Assembly (NCBI GenBank): GCA_001599295.1
Contig: BCGN01000009.1
Span: 248,001 to 312,000, forward strand
Direction of reading: 5' to 3'
DNA from: Sporopachydermia quercuum
Taxonomy: Eukaryota
Length of the DNA: 64,000 nt
The notes below the pieces were generated by a model. It was not told where the DNA came from. It saw only the letters and a program-made list of their open reading frames with translations, and searched no databases. How positions within the stretch are numbered: the stretch's first letter is position 1; each line of letters starts with the position of its first letter. The position numbers and the translations under genes are program-made. Shown here piece by piece: positions 57,297-64,000 of the stretch.

Positions 57297-59441
57297 TCAA
57301 TCAAAACCTGTTCTTACTCTCCATAAATAATCCTCTGGGGTTAAAGGCTTGATTCTATCTTTATCGTTCTTTCTTCTTCTTTGATTATTGCTATGTCCAA
57401 TATTACCACCAGTACCATTATCATTGTTACCACTATTTGATACTCCTACTGCATCAATTGACGAATTATAGCTTTCTAAACTAGCAAGACTATCTCTGTC
57501 GGTGTCAATGCCAATATCCGATTTGATTTTTTCGTTGAAGTTCTGGATATACGTAGGAGTGTTTGACAGAACTCTTGAGATTGTACGAAATGCTGAGCTC
57601 GATTTTCTTCTTGTTTTAGCCGGGTGTAAATCAGAAGGGGCGCCATTATTTTCGTTGGCATTGAGATAGTTAGCATTAGTATTCCTGCTGCTGCTGATGG
57701 TTCTACTCTTGTACATGTTACTTGCAGGAGGAGCGCTTTGAATGCTATGCTGATCATCTCGCACCTGGGACGATATTCTTCTGACGCCGGTAGGCTTACT
57801 AATTGAACCAGTTTTATTACCCGTGACAGAGTTGCTACTGCTATTCTCACTGTTACTCGCTTCATATTGTGCTAGCACGTCCTGAATATCAGGAATGTCG
57901 TCTTCATTATGCTGCCGTAGGGAACTTAGTTGTCCCATTGCTATTGAGTTCCTGCCGGCCAGCATAGCCTTGGGGGCATTGCCAGAGCTGGCGGGAGATG
58001 TGGTTCCTGATCCTTCTTCTTCTGAGTAGATGGTTGAAAGTCTTCTCTGTGGTTTGGACGCGTCGATGCTAGCAGGAGCATTAATTGAGTCGCTACTATA
58101 ATTAGAATCTTCAGCTGCGCTTTCAGTTGGTCGATCTTCCATTTCCTCCGGATTGGGGGTGTCCAGTTTCTCATCGGCAGAACTGCTACTGGAAGAGTCA
58201 TAAGGACGGAACGGTTTGAGGTCTTCGGATGTGTCAATCTCGGAAGTTGCGGTCGGGAGCTGGGACTCCGAAATTCGTTCTTCAGAATATTCTGGGTTGA
58301 ATCTTGGGGGTCTATTGGATCCCAAGCTAGTATTACTGTTGATTTTGTGGAACATTTTCTCTCCAAATCGCGGAGGTGCGGCGGCAGCAGAAGCGGGACC
58401 GGAAACCGTACTCTGGAAGGAAACAGTGCGTTTCGGCCGAAGAACGTTCCGATTTCTCCGAGAGTTCTCATACACCGATTGTTTCTCATCCTGTAGTAAA
58501 GAATCGTAATCAGCATCTATGCGCGACCGCATGTCGCTCGGCTCAGCAATTGTCGGAATCCTCACTATTCGAGAATCCATTTGGAGATCCGGTTGCTCGT
58601 CCCGAGTTTCCCAAACCGGTAACGATTCCTTCTTTCGGTCATGTTCCACTACCACCAAATGCAGATAGAATGGAACTATGATCGAAAACATCGAGCCACC
58701 GACAATATTGCCCAATGCTACTGGAATCATGGCCCGCCATATGTACTCTCCAACAGTGAAATTGGCTCCATTAAACATCCCGATCGGGATAAGAAACATG
58801 TCCGCAATCACATGCCCGAATCCCGAGGCGACAAATGAAAATATAGGGAAGAATATCGCCAAACATCGGGACGGGAATGGCTTACACATTATTGACATAT
58901 AAACGGCTAAGCATACAAGAAAATTGCCCCCGATTCCCTTTAGAAAGTTCTCCAGAAAATTGCTGTAAATAACCTTCCCTTCGGATATGACTATAGTTGC
59001 TTCTTTATATGCCTGTGTCTTCGCTAATCCCGAGCAATAGCAGAGAATGTATGCATAGAATAAGGTCCCCCCCAGATTGAAAAAAAAGGTCATTCCCCAG
59101 TTCCGAAGGAGATCCAGAGGAGTGCACTGCCGCCGTAGTAACCCAACAACAAAGAACATAACGTTGGAATTGAATAGCTCGCACCCATTTATCACTATAA
59201 ATATAAGTCCCAAGGCGTAGACTGCTCCTTGGAGTAAACGGATTCCCCACCACTCGGATTCGGCAACGCTCGGAGCACCTGCTTCGATAGTCACATAGAG
59301 CATTCCAGAGACTGATAGGAATAAACCGGCAGTGATTGAATTGACAGTTAAGGAAATCCACGATAACCGCTTTTTCTTTGCCGCATTGGCTACTACAGCC
59401 AATGCTGTTTCATTCGGTGTTATGTAGTTAGCGTCCGACAT
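57297..59441 (-). CDS. Formate/nitrite transporter family protein (S. cerevisiae YHL008C-like), 714 aa
   Basis: MSDANYITPNETALAVVA, GCELFNSN, GIGGNFLVCLA, FVASGFGHVIADM, IPVALGNIVGG; long Ser-rich tail. ATG at 59441 (the track start is TTG). Confidence 0.92.
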   Translation of the reverse strand: MSDANYITPNETALAVVANAAKKKRLSWISLTVNSITAGLFLSVSGMLYVTIEAGAPSVAESEWWGIRLLQGAVYALGLIFIVINGCELFNSNVMFFVVGLLRRQCTPLDLLRNWGMTFFFNLGGTLFYAYILCYCSGLAKTQAYKEATIVISEGKVIYSNFLENFLKGIGGNFLVCLAVYMSIMCKPFPSRCLAIFFPIFSFVASGFGHVIADMFLIPIGMFNGANFTVGEYIWRAMIPVALGNIVGGSMFSIIVPFYLHLVVVEHDRKKESLPVWETRDEQPDLQMDSRIVRIPTIAEPSDMRSRIDADYDSLLQDEKQSVYENSRRNRNVLRPKRTVSFQSTVSGPASAAAAPPRFGEKMFHKINSNTSLGSNRPPRFNPEYSEERISESQLPTATSEIDTSEDLKPFRPYDSSSSSSADEKLDTPNPEEMEDRPTESAAEDSNYSSDSINAPASIDASKPQRRLSTIYSEEEGSGTTSPASSGNAPKAMLAGRNSIAMGQLSSLRQHNEDDIPDIQDVLAQYEASNSENSSSNSVTGNKTGSISKPTGVRRISSQVRDDQHSIQSAPPASNMYKSRTISSSRNTNANYLNANENNGAPSDLHPAKTRRKSSSAFRTISRVLSNTPTYIQNFNEKIKSDIGIDTDRDSLASLESYNSSIDAVGVSNSGNNDNGTGGNIGHSNNQRRRKNDKDRIKPLTPEDYLWRVRTGFD

Positions 59442-60744
59442 GTGTGATAGATGGGAATTGAAAGAGAGGACAGTAGTTGGATATGCAGGATACGATTGGA
59501 TTAAATGGGATATGAGTGCAGGAGTTTCCAGGAGCTTGTAATTGTAATAGCCTTCAGGCGCTGGAACTGAAGATTGTTGTGCCGTATGTAAAAGTACTGC
59601 TGTTCGTAGTATGCGTTTACATGTGCTGTAAAGAAATGCAATATAATGTGGTGATGGCGGAATTAATGATGCTTTCAATAAGGATTAATATAAATACAGC
59701 AGCCTAGTTGGAGTGAAAGACATTTGATGAGTTTTGAATTAGTTGACTAAGAAGAACCGTTAGTAAAACTGATTAGAAACAGACAAATCTGAGTTGGCAA
59801 CAGTGAAATAAGAATGACAGATAAAGTTGTTGTACTTTATTAGAAGAATTAGAGGAGCATTTAGTACGAACGCTATCAGTATTTTAAATACTATGATTAT
59901 GATAGCTAGTTGGTTATAATGGATGATAGTATGATTGTATGATAGTATAATGATACATCAACAGCAAGCGGAAGCATATTTTTAAACATTAACGTTCTCC
60001 TTCTTATAATGCTGTGCGAGTTGATACTATCATCATAATAATATTATTGTCGGTTGTATTCTCATGCATAAACGGTTGAAATTCTTTTTTGACAGGTATA
60101 ATTCTTTTCGATCGGTTGATATGATAATTCACCTTATTGCTTTGTTATAGCATAGTAGCACTTAATAGCATATCAACTACAACTCAATTTTTTTTCTTTG
60201 AAAATTAGATCAAAGAAACTAAACTTTTTGTTGCTGATTTAGTGATATATGCTTCTGATGCAAAGAGAGTATCGTCTTATATAAGTATACCAAATGAAAG
60301 CACTGAATGCCCAGTCATTAAACACCCTAGTGGTCCATCAAGCCAAAATTCCAACCTAACCATATTTCATATCACCAAAACAAACAACAAATGCTCAGCA
60401 ACAAGAAAAGCAACTGGAGTAAATTAGCAGATTTCACCGTAACATCACATAATATCGTAAAAATATAAAGTGAGCAACAATGTCAATGAATATCGTCTAA
60501 TACATTTCATATCAGACTCTGATTCCTGTTTCACTTCATATCCAGCAAAGAAAATCAACAAATCAGCTCTCACAATTTTTAAAACATCACCTTTCCTAAT
60601 TATTTTGTAGATCATTTATATATGATTATCTTCAATGATACTGATCTATCTTGATTGATACTAAGAACTTTGGAGAAAGATGATGCATTCATTCATTATT
60701 CAGTTGAGCCTTTAATTACATCAACTGCGAATCTATAAGGAACG

Positions 60745-60773
60745 GCATCAGCTAGCATCAGCTAGCATCAGCT
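60745..60773. repeat. (GCATCAGCTA)x2.9 short tandem repeat
   Basis: gcatcagcta gcatcagcta gcatcagct. Confidence 0.8.
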
Positions 60774-63022
60774 GTAAAGCCCGTAGTAGAATTATTGCTT
60801 ATGACCATGATAAGAAACATCAATAACCGTATAAAACCCGAGATAGCTCTATAATCTAATCGTATCATGTAAAGTATCATTTATCACCCAATAACAAAAT
60901 CATCTTCCTGTTCTTCTAACTCAACACTTTCACCAACACCAAGAAAACAGCCGGGAATATAATATAGATATCAGTAATCAAATGGAACTTACGCCTCCTT
61001 CAACGAAAAACCAATTCTCAATAAACAGCTATTTCATATCTCTTTTGCTACTTATAAATGTAGTTGCAACCAAGACGAATTCTGAATTGGCTGCTTTTTC
61101 TTACGCTAGCTATTTTCTTATGTTGAACAAGCAAAGCTGCTGAAAGGCAGAAGACAAGAAAATACGAACAACAACTATAGGAACTATAGGTCTATCGATT
61201 CTTCAGGTCTTTTGATTTTCGGACAATAGCAAGAAATAGATAGAATGGAACCAAGGTCAATCTACACCACTTCGACTCTAGTTGAATTGTCTTAATGGAT
61301 ACACCATTTGAGTATATTCCTGCAAGCAAAGAAGAGAAGACCTACTATAATAATAACATAATAGCATAAAAGCAGTAAAGAAAATAACCGTAGTAACAAT
61401 AACAATAGTAAACGCAGGGCCGGTTGTGCTGTAGCGAACGATCATAATAGAGTGTTGATGTATTTTTTTTGCGTGCTTCTTTGTGGAAAAAGTAAACGAA
61501 AGCTTAATACTGGAATAGGAAGGGGGATCAATAATAAGGTTAATGAAATACTTAAGGATGAGACTGAAACCTCAAGGTCTTACAGATAAATTGGAGTACT
61601 AAGAGAGTAAAGGTATTCTATAAGATATATTTAAGTAGAAATGAAAGGAATAGAAGATTCAATCATTTGATTGCAAACCTTTGCTAATATTGACAGTAAA
61701 TACAACTGTTTTGAGAAAGTAAGGGTGTTAGATGATGGAAACAGACACTACAATATAGTTGAACTCACAGAATGAGAGTGTGCATTGGAAGTGCAGGATC
61801 AACCGTTGAACATTATATGAGAAATAAAGCAGTTAGAAATACACCAGAAACCAGCTGGGATAATAATAGAGAGAGAATTCAGGTAAAAAGTTAATACAAT
61901 TTCACATTCATGCGTTTTGATAGGGAATGATGAACAAAGGAATCAACTCCTTAGCATTATAGCACTTTCTCACAGGTTTAGCACCTCAACAAATACCTTG
62001 ATGATACCAGAAAGTTATACTCTTCTCTCAAGCAAACTATTAATTTTCTAAATTCGCAAAACTCCTAGAAGGAAAATCCAATAAATCGTAGCCTCACCAA
62101 CTGAAATGGTATAAAGGCTTGCTAATGGTAATGTTCATCCCTTCCCTCCTAGTAAGGAAGAAAGGACCTGAAAAACGGCTTTGAATTAAAGTTAAGGAAT
62201 ACAACTGGAGAGTGAACATGTCACTAATAGTATCCGCGCTGCTCAAGGATGGGCTGTGTTAGTAATTTACACCAATATATTTACCAAAACCAATTTGAGT
62301 ATAAGACGGACAATAATGAATGTCTAGATATTTTAAATGCAGTTTAAAATTTATTTGGATATCATTAAGATTAAGTAAACCATCTATTGAAAACTCACTT
62401 AAAGTTGAGCNGTTGCTTTAAGGCTAAACCTTACTCGGAACAACGGCTTCGAAGCAGGTGAAGACAATACTACAATACTTGGCCTTACATCTATATGAAT
62501 AAAGCAATATTCTGCTGTTATTCATCGCAATAGCATTCAAGTTATGCTTCTCTCAATGCAGNGGCCGAAACTGCAAGAATTGCCCATAAAAAAATTCCGC
62601 CTAACAGTGGATAAAGAGCCTAACTGACTATTAAACGCGTTTTCACTATCGCTAACAACAAGTTTCATACTAAATAAATANAGCTCAAGCTTGCTTAGGC
62701 TTTATAAAATAAACTTCTTCCAATAAGAAGTCTAATTAATGAATTAATCCGTCGCACCCACCCTTTTGATTTTCCTTCCCAAATCTGACAAAACATGACA
62801 TCCGAGACAAGGAAATAGAATTGATAGTATACTGCTGNAGGTACTGTTATTCAGTTGTCACTAAGGAAACAACATCAGCATAGTATTAGTTGGNTAGAAC
62901 AGAACTTAACGTTCAATAACTCAAAGATCTATAATTTGCAATGTTTTATCTCCTGTGGTATATAATCGAAATATGATAAATAATTTAGAAAGTAAGAATA
63001 AAAAAATAAAGGATAAAAAAAT

Positions 63023-63138
63023 TGCTCTAGGAGGGGATTGAACCCACGACCGTCGCGTTCCTCACACGACCGTGACATCAGCATAGACGTCGATATACGG
63101 CTATAAGCACGATGCGCTAACCTCTGCGCCACTAGAGC
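63023..63138 (-). tRNA. tRNA-Ile(UAU) with 43-nt intron (63059-63101)
   Basis: GCTCTAG/CTAGAGC acceptor plus A73, anticodon arm TCGTG-CT-TAT-A[intron]A-CGCGA, T loop TTCAATC, oligo-T terminator downstream. Confidence 0.95.
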
Positions 63139-64000
63139 GGATACCGGAAGATAACGAGGTCAGAATATATGATGTGTTTTGAGAACGTAAACTGATAAGT
63201 GACTCATAATGATTAATTGTAGATATTGAAGAGTTTTGCAGAAGAGTTCTCGCCATATAGAGATAGTGTGTCAGAGAAGATAATTTTATGTATTTTCTAG
63301 TATGCTACAATCAAAATCTACAACCTCAACATTACAATTGTTGTTGAGCTTATAATTGTTAGCCGAAGGCATTTAGTCAATTCACTATATCTACAGCTGA
63401 AGTGAGATCACTGGTAATACGACGACTTCACATACTTCACATCAACAAATAAAATTAACTGAACAATATCCTAGTTTTGGTACTCGCAAAGGGTATCGTA
63501 AACATCTTCCTTTCATGTAATGAATAAAGATTGTTCATAAGGAAGATAATCAATCCTTCGAAAAGCAAGAACAAGTTAACCATTTCGTTTTCATGCATTT
63601 CTATGCAAAACTATGCATTAAAATGTATATGCAGTGTTATCTAAATCTTATANTTCCATTGCTGATGATGTTAGAAGTCAGCAAATGTCCCAGATTGAAT
63701 TCCTTGGTGCAGCATGTAACTTGAATAATCCATAACAATGTTAATCAACTTTTATAGGAGCTCCTCAAAAGCTACTCCTACACTCTTCTCTCTCTACCTC
63801 ATCCCATCCCATCTGCCCCCCTCGCTCAAACATACATAATTTTCGCATTATGCTATTTCCTTTCAATTCACATGTACTCACAAACCCATTTCTTCCCACC
63901 ACAAACTTTTCACATTTCAACCACAAAAAAATGAAGTCTACGCACAAATACTCATTTTGTTGCTTCATTTACTTTCTTCTGCTTTGCTACTCAACCAGCC

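Noticed and set aside
1..64000. CRISPR arrays, intact transposons, rRNA, spliceosomal snRNAs, point centromere
   Set aside because: No repeat-spacer arrays, transposase/RT/gag motifs, or diagnostic RNA or CDE sequences were seen by eye.

Overview
AT-rich nuclear DNA of a budding yeast (Saccharomycotina) outside Saccharomycetaceae. It encodes a complex I subunit, is relatively intron-rich, and has CTG at conserved Leu positions, so it uses the standard code. I support 22 protein-coding genes and 2 intron-containing tRNA genes. Three genes are missing from the ORF track or split in it because of introns: RUB1/NEDD8 (4 introns), NDUFS5/NIPM and a DPM2-like gene. SDC1, SOD2, CDC42 and the Arp4-like gene need spliced models. 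Gene order matches three ancestral yeast synteny blocks, one interrupted by a GSTFuA/beta-etherase-like glutathione transferase. I found no intact mobile element, CRISPR array or rRNA. The least explained signals are at DNA level: multi-kb CGG/CCG-rich domains that ignore frame and gene boundaries, ~10-bp-phased TGCA clusters in intergenic DNA, and a nested-hairpin candidate ncRNA near 20.2-20.45 kb. Gene names and S. cerevisiae locus names come from recall, and all counts are by hand. No searches were run.
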